Of a DNA stretch of 64,000 nt, positions 49,346 through 62,021 are shown in pieces. Under the pieces are notes generated by a model, which saw only the letters and a program-made list of their open reading frames with translations, did not search any database and was not told where the DNA came from. The position numbers and the translations under genes were made by a program. The stretch comes from Balanoglossus misakiensis (taxonomy: Eukaryota; Animalia; Hemichordata), in contig CM082584.2 in NCBI GenBank assembly GCA_040954595.2, positions 3,255,344 through 3,319,343 on the forward strand. The letters run 5' to 3'. The stretch's first letter is position 1, and each line of letters begins with the position of its first letter.

Positions 49346-50715
49346 GGTGGTCAATTCCTCACGGCACAAATGAATGTCTTGATGGGTTGAATCTAAAACT
49401 GAAGGTGAAGGTATTGTTTCCTGCCTGGCGACCTCCGTTAAGTATTAAAACTGTTAATGAGCTTGGTTGGTTGGTATCTTAGGTAAATTGGTTACTGTCG
49501 AACGTTGTGGTTCCAATGACGTCACAGGATACCTTGGCAAAAATGTCACAGCCTGCTAGTTATTGGCCTGACGCAAGACCGGACCTGTAAATATTAATTG
49601 ACAATACGTGGGGCTAAATACCAAACATAATCGGTAACGAAAAGTCCTACATTTTTGCTAATACAAGACATATTTAAGTAATATGGTAGATTATGCATGT
49701 TTTGCACTTGTTTGGAGTTGAGTACTGTCGGTAGACTATTTTATACAATGATCATGTTACCCGCATAATTTTTGTCACACACTAATGAATATTAATGCCC
49801 TTCTATTTGTTCATGCTAACACTGAGTGAATCTCTAGTTTAAGATCACTAATGAAAATTCATTTGAAATCCACTGCGCCCTTTGTGGATTGAACATCTGT
49901 TACATAACTGCAACATTTAGGGACATTAACCTTGAACCGTGGGATGATTGTTCAATTTGAAATTCGCGCCTCCATTTCTCATGAATTAATAAAACAATGC
50001 TCAAATAAACGACTGATGAAGTCGTCCTTTCTTGGTTAGTTTGAAAAAAGGTCACTGTGTAGAAAATTTGGAGACACAAATAGGCAACTTTAGTCACTTT
50101 CAATATGATAGGACTATAACCCAGTATCAATTTTCAAAAAAAAAAAATCAAAAAACGTGTTTCAAAGATTGTAACGATTATATGAGTCACGATGTAATAT
50201 ACTTTATCCAGTCATTCCATTGGTAAAAGAGTTTTCATGAGAGTTGTTAGGTGGAGGCTTTTAAAAACCCCAGCCACACAACGAGAGGCAAGTCCTTCAC
50301 TGTCCTTTACTGTCACAACAGTGTAATAACGTGGAGGTGTAAATTCCATATGCGGGTATGTACTTATTGTTAGTTATGAATCGAAAAATTCGACGGGCCG
50401 TGGGCATAGAAAACAATATTCCCATTGTATAACCCTCAACCTACATAAATGTAAATATTCTGACTTATACTTATCGATCCACAAGAACCCTGGACAAGAC
50501 AAAACGTGAACATTATCACCACAGATTTTTTTACATCAAATGATCTTTACAACTTGAAGAGTGTTACTCAGTGTCCCTAAGTATAACAAGCTATATTCTC
50601 TGATTTGCATAGTGTGCTTACAATAATATTATTTCAACTTGAACTAGAGGATATACTATACTTATAGTGACATGTTGTCATGTTACATGTTTTAAAAAGA
50701 CTGTTGAGGTGTCGT

Positions 50716-51815
50716 GGAATGTAAAAAATCAAAATGGTAGATAAGTTTTAAAACTTATGACAATGACATATTAAGGACAAGCCTGTGGTCTTGAATAACC
50801 TACCGAGAATTGAAAATATCCATACCCTATTACAATGAGATCAAGGTGAACTTCAGCGGCAATACAAGCCTCACAGCCCTCCGTCGACGAGTCAAACTTC
50901 TGCCAGTTAAAGACCTCTGTGCATAGACGCGTATATAATCGAATCTTTCCAAACACGGCGGCAGTGTTTCTGAAAATAATCACGGTGGAACTGACGGATT
51001 TATGTGAAGTCTAGACGATAAATTATTCATGAATATTAACATTTGATATCTTCTAATGACGCTTCCTTTGTTGAAGCGTTAAACATTCATAGCTCCGCTT
51101 TCCAATAAAATTAATTGGATGTTAAGTGTTGAATTTTGAAATCTTACCTCGCGGAGTCTCGCTTAGTCTCGCTCAACTCATCAATTGAGGCGCCCTGGAG
51201 TGTAAAAAATCAAATTGTTAGTTAAGTTTTTAAAATGTTTTTAGAATGACATATTAAAGGGAAGCGGTCGTCGCGTCGCATGGGTGTCCCCTTTGATGAG
51301 AATATGTCCTCCCATACCAGCACAAACCTCACTGCAGTCGCCACGACCTTCAGTAAGTTGCTGTCATGCCCAGTCTGTGCTATGGTTGGCTGCTTCGTTC
51401 ATTCTAAGAATGATCTAATTTCAGGGATTTCTGGATGAATTGTAATGTTTATAAACAAACAAACGCGGCGCGATGAGCGTTTCCTGTCAGGACAAGCCTG
51501 CGGGCTTAAATAGCGTCAATTCAAGCCTCGCAACCTTAACTCTGTATCGACGAGTTAAACTTCTACCAGTTATCCACTGTGCATCGGCGCGAATGTAAGC
51601 ATATCCTTCAAAAACGGCGTCAGTGTTTCTAAAAATAACGATGGAATTGACGGATTAATAAAAATTAACATTTGATTGTTTCTGCTGAGGCTTCCTTTCT
51701 GGAAGCGTTAAACATTCAGAACTCCGCTATCCAACGAAATTAATTGGATGTTAAGTGTTGAATCTTGAAATCTTACCTCGCGGAGTCTCGCTTAGTCTCA
51801 CTCAACATATCAATT
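50716..51815. repeat. Tandem duplication (about 470 bp); the second copy carries a MITE insertion
   Basis: Units at about 50716-51186 and 51198-51815 share ggacaagcctg...gaaatcttacctcgcggagtctcgcttagtctc. Confidence 0.85.
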
Positions 51816-54800
51816 AACAAATGTTTTTCCGTTTTTCTGGCTTGTGATGCAACTGTTTGTAAGCGACAATGCCTGCCAGAGCAGTAAGAAAGGGTTTAAT
51901 ATTTTAGGTCGAGGCAAATGTGAGGAGTAGCAACTCCTTTTCTTCCTTCGGTGGCATAACTTTAACTATATTGAAAGTTACATTATATGCGTAACTTGAT
52001 CCATTTTTTCAGTATTTGTTTCTTTGTATCCACCATGGTTGTCTTGGTCGTCTCCCTACAGCAGGATCACAGTGAAGGGGTCGTCGCGCCGCGCTTGATT
52101 GTTTATGTGCATTACCATTCATCAAGTTTATATCATCCAGCCATCTATTGCATACCCACTGCCGAACTGTACGTGACATTTTTTTAGTACTCAATTATTT
52201 TGAATAATTCCTTGACCACATAACATACGTGTTGTGCTATCTGCTTCTCGCTGATGTCTTTATTATACTTTCCGTTGAAACACGAAAATTATCTGTCCAG
52301 CTGTGTTTTATACAGCCAACTTTATGATTAATGCACGTTTTTTTTTAATTTGAAGGCTGTAGAAAAAGTAGAAATGCCAGATTTGTAATAAATATTTAAA
52401 CCCAGTGGATAATATTATTACTGTCGGAATTTTATTTAGATATGGTATTTTCCCTGTGTTTGATCCCGTCTCAACTTGTAATCGACAAATCCATTTTCAC
52501 TTTAATCTTATTAATTACCTTTGCACATTCCATTCTTTACATATTTTTGTGAATACAGTATAAATCTTACTTTGCCTCGTATATTATGTTCCGCGGTCAA
52601 AAACTAACGTGATGTAATAGACGAACATTTGTTTTATTGTCAAATTTACTGTCTATAATAAACTTAACATACTTAATATATTTAATTATTGCAAGATATT
52701 TTAATTACAGTTCAATGAATAACAGTTCATTTAGAAATGTTTTTTTTTCTTTCACCCTGGGAACAAATGTGTTCCTCTATATTTCTTTACCAACGGTGCA
52801 TTCTTGTCAATCTTATGTTCACATAGGATAATTCTTTCCCGGTTTCATGAGGTGTCTCGTGTTAATCTTTACATAATTTCAAGACACTGCCATGCTAGAC
52901 AAGGAACGTCTGCCGTAATTTTTGAATACACTGACACTATAACACTTAAACGACCTACAGTTTCGTATATATTTCACTTCTACTCATTAAAAGAAACGCT
53001 GTTTTCAAACTGTGTCGAAAAGGTTCGTTCCATTCAACTTTCTCTCAATTTCTGCCATATCCGGATGTATGTTTATGTTTAATATTCAATCAAAATGTCA
53101 GGTATCATCGTTCACCCAGTAATCGTAGTCCTGAAGGGTATCTGTAATTGGATGTGCCAGCTAATCACATTTGCATATGGCATAGTACAACCCACTGACA
53201 AGAAGATTTTGACGTCGCGTCGGACAGAACTACTTATACAGAACCTGTCGCTCGGGACATCATCTCGTCAGATTCACCCGAGGAGATAGCATCTGCAAGC
53301 AATTTGGCCCAAAAAGTCAAACGGAAGTGGTAAAGTCTGAGCATTGCCTTTCCAAACAGACAATTGCAACGTTTCTGATCAGTTTGTGAATAATGGCAAA
53401 GGTGAGTTTAGTTTAATTAATACTCATATTTTTTTCACTTTACTAATTGCTCACATTTTTTCGCGGTGGAGAATGCAACCTCGGACACAGCTTTTCTGTT
53501 CGTTTGTTTGTTTGTTTGTCTGTCTTTTTCTTTGTGTTTGTTATTTAAATTCATGTCTTTTGCAGAACTAGTTTTTGGCTATTCCATTGCAATCGATTAC
53601 TCGAATTGGAAAAAGCTTCTGGTGATGCGTATGCTTAATCTGGCTGTAACAAATTATGTGTAACTGACAGGCAATTAAAATTCCATATTAAAAACTGGCG
53701 AGATAATTGATATCGTAGTGACAATAATTATTGTTTTTCGAGCAAGCAGTGTAAGACACATTTTGACGCGAATAATTGAAATTTCGAGTAGCAAGTATGA
53801 AAAAAATTAGCAGACATAATTTTTACATTTTAGAACATTCTGACTAAAGTCTTGTCGGTGAAGCAGTCGGGAACCATTCATATTACTAAGTCAGGGATTT
53901 ATTGAACCCGAGTAATTATCCGGTTGAATTAATAAACGCAACTGCTTGTTTATTTTCAAAGTTGTCTCTTTAAAGTATATTATTTCAAATGTCCCGACCT
54001 GTGTACACTACAGACTGAATGTCCTGTTCTACCTGGCGCGCCTGCTCCTGAACGCAGCAAGCCAGGTGGCTCGCCTGGCTCGCCAGGCCCGATGAGCGTG
54101 TTTGTTGAGCGCGCCAGGCTTGAATCCTGAATATTCATGAGCTACCTGGCTTGCATGGCCAGCCGGGTCACAGGAAGCGCGCTTGTTTACCTGGCGCGCT
54201 AGGCTTGCTCCTTGTCTATGGGCTTCATTATGTGTTGGGAACGCGTAGACCCACGCTACCCAAAACCACAAGCTCAGTCCCAAATTCGAAACTCACCTCA
54301 CTACCAAAAACACGCTCAAGGCAAGCATGCACGCAAAAAGTATTGAAATTATTTATTAAGACAAAAAAAAACGTCGAAAACACCTTAACTATCGGTTGCT
54401 TACCAGCAAGGAAGCAGGTCGGTTTGAACCACAAACACGTTTGATTGATCCATAGGGTCTATGATATGATGGCATTTCTGGTTTTTCTAGTCTAGTTGCG
54501 CAACCTCCAATTCAGATAAAGAATGCTAGTGGTTCAAAACACTATGTACATGCAGTCATTTATGTTCATTTGTAACCTGTGTTTTATGTTACCACAGATG
54601 CATACATGTAAAGCATACACGTACAAACTACAGATCAATTGCAGCAACTTAAAAATGACGAATATCGTAGCACTTCCTGTTTCTTGCTAACAGGGGATTA
54701 GCCCTCAGAATCTGTGTGCGTCCACACACTAAACGGACATTGTTTTGAGATCAACGCCGTCTAATGGCAATGTTTAGGAACACGGCAACTAACAAAAATT

Positions 54801-55871
54801 GAGGACGTCGAGGACATGTAATTGCAACATATCTCAGTTTCTATACCTGGATATGCGTTCTAGACGACTTTGTCGTCTTCTTCATGACCGTTTTGATATC
54901 GTTTAGAAGTACTGGATGTTAATCCACAAATCGAAAACGCATCGTCTTTTCGGCGATCGAAAGAACCTAAAGTTGGTGGCAGACAGAAGTGTTGCAGACC
55001 CGGCTAACCGCGAGTGGCTAGAAAACCACTCGCGTCCAGTTAGATTGACTCAACAATGGAAACTGACCCAAGACAATAGGTTACCTAGATAAACACAATC
55101 AAATGTCACCAAAAGATTGTGCTTTGCGTTCTCACTGTATATTTGCTTCGGTCTGGATCTGAACCACCCGTCATCGCTGTCGAAAATTAACACCGGCGCA
55201 GCACACGCGAAAAGCATTCTCAAATATTTTTTCCCGTCGGAGTCGTATCTGGATCGTTGCTACACCGGTACTACACCGTTGAAAACGTTAATCAATGTAC
55301 AACTCTCCTTCTCAACATAAGTTTTATTTCAGACTAGGCATTTAGGGAGGGGCGTTCAATTCACTACGAACAAAATGTGTCCGTTGTTAGTGTTAGTTTT
55401 CTTTATGAAGCATTTAAAACACAATTACACTACATTAGTTGTACAAATGCAAGGGAACATTTCCTTTCTGAACGAGAGAATGACAATCCGACAAACATGC
55501 TGATAAAGCCCCCCCCCCAAACAAAAAACAAAAACAAAACAAAAAACATCAACGGCGGAGAGCTTTATCGATTGCCTTGATGCACTGTTTTGACCACACG
55601 TCGCGCTCGGCGGATCGCGGAAAATCTTGGGATTATATTACCATGGCGTGTGCGTCGCATTTTAATTGGTCGAGATGAACGACGTCACTGACCACAAATA
55701 CCCAGTAATGGTTTGTTTACATGCCCGTAAATCTGAATAGTAATATTAGCAAAGAGTTCAGTGAATACAACATTTTGCGTAACACAAGTTCCGGGGCCCC
55801 TAGTGGGACATTTTCGTAAATTTTGACGGTTTTCTTGATTTTGTTGGTAATATAGTGGAAATAACCGACTC

Positions 55872-56005
55872 CGCCCTGACCATAAACGTTTGTTTATGGG
55901 CGGGGGCTCGAGGAAAGCCAAAATTCATGGGCTCGGAAGCCTCGCCCATGAATTTTTGGCTTTCCCCTCGCCCTTGCCCATAAACAAACGTTAATGGTCA
56001 GGGCG
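55872..56005. repeat. 134-bp palindrome with two CTCG/CTCG (minus-strand CGAG) mismatches
   Basis: CTCG at 55907/55967 and 55932/55941. Confidence 0.9.
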
Positions 56006-56018
56006 TCGTCCATTATTT

Positions 56019-56430
56019 CTAAAAAAAATTTCGGAAAGTTGCTCCTTCAACTTTCTCAAGCCTTCTGGGACTAAACTTCAATTTCTGTTTGGTACCCCCA
56101 AACACACGCCCTGTGCAAGTACGTCCGGCGCGTTCACTCGGCGAATAAACCATAAACACAAGGTTCTTGGCAAAGTTGCCAATAGAGCAACTTACGACCT
56201 TACACCGGTCTATATATGATTCTGGTATGAGAACATCCCCGGTGATAGGAGCGAACCATAGTGGAGGCGGAGAAGTCTCAATCATCCCCGCTGTCTGCGG
56301 AGACGTGAGAATCGGCTGTACTGCCGGCTGTAGTGTAGTTTGGAACGGTGGTGTAATATCAGCGGCTGGGCGTGGTGGGAGTGGTGTTGGTGACAAGGTG
56401 GGCGCTGGTGGAATCGGCGGGGGCATGATC
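56019..56430 (-). pseudogene. Pro-rich linker plus BEN-domain-like fragment
   Basis: IGNFAKNLVFMVYSPSERAGRTCTGR...KFSPRRLEKV fits the BEN pattern; it stops just before the palindrome. Confidence 0.6.
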
Positions 56431-59400
56431 ATAGTGCCTGATCGAATGAATTGAACGATCGTTACACACATTATTGTCGCGGTGAACGGACGCGCGTATA
56501 CGTGTTGTCGATCACAGACAACAGTGTGGTCGATACTCTGACTGATTTGTCGTAGTTTCTCTGTTTGGGAAATGGATGAAGTCACATTATTGTGCTTTGT
56601 AAGACGCAAATTACAATACTAGTATGTATCTAATATTTGAGTCATAGATTGTTCTTGTTTTCATGAGCCTGACACTCAGAACTATGACCCTAGGATCCTA
56701 GTGACCGGCGCATCAAATTGTATTTTTAAAACAAACCACAGACAAAAATGTACTGACTTCAGAAGTTTTTGTTCATTGAGTTCACACATATTTTATTGTA
56801 CTGACGAACAAAAAGGTGATAACAACCTGAAGAACGTAGCTGGCCGAGCATAAACATGTAACACCCGTGGACGCTGGGAGATACATTACAGAGAAAGCGG
56901 GTAGATTTTTACTCTGAAACAGAGATAAGCTTTAATAGATGCAGTGTATCACTATTTCCTAAATTTACATCACGACCGCGCAACGTAACTGCGGTCCATT
57001 GCATGTAAGTGTGCGGGCATCTACACCAAAAACAGCGACACGGTGCCGTTGCAATTATTCCAGCTAAATATAAACACAAGAAAACACGAATCGCGATCTG
57101 TGGATTCCCTGGATATGATTTTGAATCTGCAATAGATTGGAGATCATGTTGAGGAAAAAAACTTGATCGCACAAATTAGTGAAAAATACATTTATGGGGT
57201 AGCCGGTACGATCCTACTGACCAAAGGATACCTCCCAGGGCCCACCCCATTCACACCTGTGATTTACTAATGTGCAGGCTAGTCGTCAGTAGGCTTTCTT
57301 TTTCCTGTTATGCAGATTATTCTTCATTGTTGATTTCATATGAGTATCAATGGGTATGACTGCTCGCAGTATACTCTCGGGCTTGATTGTTCCGACTTTT
57401 CGTCCATAATTCTGACTACGTCCGCGACCCTTGTGGAGTGACCGTGATTCAACCAAGCGAAAATAGCTATACCCATCACTCTAATTATTGCAGCTATGCT
57501 AGTTATAAACACAATCGCAATTTTGATCGTGACATAGGCCATATATACTTTTAAATTTAAAAGGAAAAAGGAAACTTTTACTTTTGATGCATTAATTTAC
57601 GAGCAGTGATTTAAGTGTGAAAAATAAAAGTACGTTCGAAGCCCTCGCTATTTCTTCTGACAGCGGTATAGCCTCAGTGGGTTTTCCCGCTCTGCACTCG
57701 GATATAAAGCAGAAATTAATGTAAGGAAAATCCACAATGTCTGACAGGTGACAGGTTGTAACTCGGATAGAAAGCAGAAATGTAAGGAAAATCCACAATG
57801 TCTGACAGGTGGTCAGTTTGTACAATGAGTAACTCTCATGACGAATCCTTTTCGAAAGAGACTGCTTCAAATTGGGAGAAACAATTAGGTGTTAACGATA
57901 ATGGCGTTGCTTTGTTGTTTTTTCTGTGCTGAAAGGCATTTTTGTATTGGGGTAAAGAAAATTGTGTACAAATTATTACACGTCACATTTGTCGACTCCT
58001 GTATTTCAAAACACACAGTACCACAAACGAGAGCAAAGTTCGGTCGTATTTAATGTACAAAGGATCTTTTCCTTTTTGTTGTTGTTGCTCGATAGATCAT
58101 TATTCAGAAGGTCTATTTGAACATGCACGTCTCTATGGCTTCTCAGTGTACATGTATATATAGACTGTGCAGTGTCGATGGTTCCTGGTCATTTGTTCGT
58201 ATGGCAACGAGTTTCAATAAGTTATATTTGCATATCGAGAGAGTGTGTTCTGCATTAAAGTTTCCGCCCCAAGCGCTAGATTACTGAATAAATTCAGAGC
58301 TGATTCTCGACTTTAGTAGTTCCGACATCGATGCATTTTCCCGTTTTGCTGTTTATTTGTACTTGAGGACATTTTTATTCTACTCTGATGTGACTTGCTG
58401 TATAGTTTGTAACATTTATGTAAACTCAAAATTTTCCCTATTATTTTTCACATTTTCTAAAATAAAAAAAATGTTACTTCACAATAGTGTCATACATGTA
58501 TGTGTGCACCTGTATCTAACTCACTGACGGTGAGTTTAAGATCTACTTAAACTGGCATTGAATATGGCTGGAGTCCATGCAATTGTTTGACAGAATGAAC
58601 ACAAGCTAGACATTTCATAGTTCTTCAGGAGTGCTTTTTTGATGCGGATTGTATGTTGTATGTTGCATGGAGCATGGAGGTAGGATGGAAAGGAACTACA
58701 CCTGCTACTGTTGTTTTTGAGGCAAGTCAGTGATTCCACTTGTTTACCGAGTAAACACGACTGTTTATTGGCAAGGCTACTCGCATGTGGCTGACAACAA
58801 AGGGAAATCAATAAAATAAAAGTTTGATACACACGAAGAATGCAATCAGAACACAATATACATTCTACTGTTTTGAGAATATCCATCTAATTTACCAGGC
58901 GATGAAACAGGTAGAGAGTCCCTGCGTCAGACCATAGCTACGCACGATTGTACAATCATGTAAACAAACATGGCGTCGATCGACGACATCACATCACGTA
59001 GAGAGATCGAGTCACAGTCCGATCGAGGTGGTACCTCAGGCAAATGCGAACGATCTTACATGTTTGCTAACTTTGATGATTAGGTTGCAATGATCAATCT
59101 AGGCCCGATCAAGAAGACTGAGCTAGAATTTGTAGTGGTAAACCATGACACATTGATTACATCTCGGACACATGCAGACACGCACGAAACGTCTAATATA
59201 TTCCGACGGGTGACATGCTAGCCCAATTCTTAACTCCAGAGTTCTCAAACATGCCTTCTTCTCATTCTAAGACTGGCAGACTTCTCATGTGTTCATTCGG
59301 GCCCGCCAAACACAGCAAGCGCAGCGGGCCCATGGGCTAGCTGGGCCCGGTGGGCCCGAATGCGGGCCCACCAAACACATTTAATTAGCAAGCCCTGCGG

Positions 59401-60025
59401 GCCCATGGGTCTGCTGGGCCCGGAGGGACCGAGCCCCCTGGCGCGCGCAGCAAGCCACTGAGCGCGCCCGGCAAGCGCGCCATGTGCAGGACATTCAGTC
59501 TGTAGTGTATGATAATGTCGACATTAAAGCATGTACATTGGATATATTCATTTAAAGCATTTACCATGGTTTTATTGATAAATACATCGAAAATGGACTA
59601 ACCTTGGTGCTAGCGACCTTTGTTGAAGTTGAAGGTGAAAGCAAATAGATCTCACACAAGAACGATCATGACCTCAATGAACACACTTAGTGATAATGAC
59701 TTCTCTAGGGCTCATTGTGGATGCAAATGACGCTAAAATAACTGTTAATATGGCAAATTTCGGACAATTTCTGGCGACACAGTTGTTCATTTTTTAATTG
59801 ATAAAATTAATAACTTAAAGCACTCTGACTGGTATTTTGTGATGGTGCACAACGCACTAAATATCATTGTTTATTCCCACTACAAGCTCTGCGTCTTACA
59901 CCCAAAAGTAGACTTATGATAATAATAGTAATAATGTATTATTTATTTATTTTCCAATGCACATATGGTTGTATATATATACATCCGGTATATGGTTTTA
60001 TTTTCATTTTTGATGAATAAACACC

Positions 60026-60231
60026 ATTAATTAATTAATTAATAATTAATTAATTAATTAACTAATTAATTAATTAATTAATTAATTAATTTTAATTAAT
60101 TAATTAATTAATTAATTAATTAATTAATTAATTAATTAATTAATTAATTATAATTAATTAATTAATTATAATTAATTAATTAATTATAATTAATTAATTA
60201 ATTAATTAATTAATTAATTAATTAATTAATT
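60026..60231. repeat. (TTAA)n microsatellite followed by (TTCA/TTCG)n
   Basis: Directly visible. Confidence 0.97.
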
Positions 60232-61067
60232 CGTTCCTCGTTCGTTCTTTCGTTCATTCATTCGTCCACTCATATATTTATTCATTTATTTTCTCTCTCA
60301 CTCACTCATTTATCCATTCATTCATTCATTCGTTCGTTCAAACTAATATCAATAAAGTGAAAAATCCAGAGAATATTTCAGCCGCGAGAAGGCATGCGTA
60401 AACTCCCGCAAGATCATACAACTGGCCAATAATTATACCTATATAAATACAGTAAAATAACTATATCTCTATATCACCTGTCCATAACCCTCGTAAATTA
60501 TTATAGCAATTATAACATGTTTTCTAGAAAAGTTATTACTGATAACCGATGACTTAAACGAATTTCTATTAGAGTTAATGATAATCATGGCATCAAGAGT
60601 GAAAGGTCCGTTGTTAGAGGACGCTCGCTACGATCAAGGTTGGCGAGTGGATGGTGGGGAGCGGCGACTGAACTTTCCGACTAAATGGCATTGCGCTGTG
60701 AAACTGTTATTTTTTCACGGTACTCCCCATAAGGGTACTATGCCTTCAACTAGAAATGTATTTATATCTGTAATTTTTAACAGCTGACTGCCGTCTGTGT
60801 TTTTTTATTATCCAGACATTCTTAGAGTGAAAAGGCGTTTGTGTGATCTGCACCTGGTTTGGTGTCGACATCATTTTGTCCAACTGATGGCAGCATCCTT
60901 TAACTGAAAAAAGGCGCAAGAAATACTCACCTGCAACGGCTGTACTGAAGCTAAAGCATTCACATCTGGACGATTCATCACAACCATCGATTAGGATAAC
61001 AGTTTCAGTCAAAGAACTATCATTCGCTCAGCTGGCCTCGGGTGAAGCTACATGTACCAACTGAAAA

Positions 61068-62021
61068 ATGGCTAACTATACAGAAGACGACACATATTAT
61101 AACTGGAGCATCCCTAACCAAGGCGTTCCTAATGCGAGATACTTCGACTTTGTGATATCGATCGTGGGTCTCTTAAACAACATATCGTTTATAATTGTCG
61201 TCTGCAAAATCAAAACCATGCAGAACAAGACAAACGGACTCCTGTTGAATTTGGCTGTGTCAGACATTATCGTCCTCGGCGTGAAAATGTACAATTTTGA
61301 CCTGACGAACATAGACATGACGTACCTGTGTCTGTCGATCAGTTTTTATTCCATGACAGTGATGGAGTCGAGTTTGACAATAGCGTTGATTAGCATCGAG
61401 AGATACATTGCTGTGTGTCACCCTTTCAAGGTTGGCGTCTTCCTCAGAAAGAGAAACATTGTGATCGGTATTTTTCTGACGTGGGTGTTTAGTTCCCACT
61501 TCTTCGTCGTGATAGGGCTCGACTGTCTTGGCATTCCGAACAACTACATATACCTATCTATAACATCGTGTCTGTTCGATGGCGTTGTTTTGGTATGTCT
61601 ATGTCTTGTGAGCACACTGTATATTTTGATAGCCAAAGCAATGTACGCAAGGAGTAAAACTGAAACTCTGCCAACATCAGTGCCAATTGTGAATGAAACC
61701 AAACGAGTTCTAAGAACGGTAATTGTAACCAGCGTTGTGTATTTTTCTTGTGTGTTCCCTTCGTGCCTCTACAGAGTCATTTTACTTTTAGTGGGTTTTA
61801 AAGTGGTCCACTACTACGACGTGGCTGCAGTCCTCATCGTTCTTTCAAAATTCGTGTATACTGTTTTGATCGTTAACTCCTCAGTCAATCCATTCATATA
61901 TCTAATTTGCAATTCAAAATACAGAAGGGCTGTGAAGAAAGTGTATTGTCCGTGCTCTGTTCAGACAGGCAGCAGAAAAACGAGCCAGGAGACAAAACAA
62001 ACGAACGAAACTTCTGTGTGA
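61068..62021 (+). CDS. Intronless rhodopsin-class GPCR, 317 aa, paralogue of 48338-49345
   Basis: GLLNN, NLAVSD, ERYIAVCHP, VLRTVIVT and NSSVNPFIY; 7 TM; shares NKTN/TKTN, ESS/ESC-LT and YRRAVK/YRKAVK with the first receptor. Confidence 0.93.
   Translation: MANYTEDDTYYNWSIPNQGVPNARYFDFVISIVGLLNNISFIIVVCKIKTMQNKTNGLLLNLAVSDIIVLGVKMYNFDLTNIDMTYLCLSISFYSMTVMESSLTIALISIERYIAVCHPFKVGVFLRKRNIVIGIFLTWVFSSHFFVVIGLDCLGIPNNYIYLSITSCLFDGVVLVCLCLVSTLYILIAKAMYARSKTETLPTSVPIVNETKRVLRTVIVTSVVYFSCVFPSCLYRVILLLVGFKVVHYYDVAAVLIVLSKFVYTVLIVNSSVNPFIYLICNSKYRRAVKKVYCPCSVQTGSRKTSQETKQTNETSV

Larger units (their letters stand above)
54006..59507. mobile_element. CACTA/EnSpm (CMC) element, non-autonomous, 5.5 kb
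   Basis: Perfect 21-bp TIR CACTACAGACTGAATGTCCTG, TA TSD and GC-rich subterminal repeats at both ends; no transposase seen. Confidence 0.88.
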
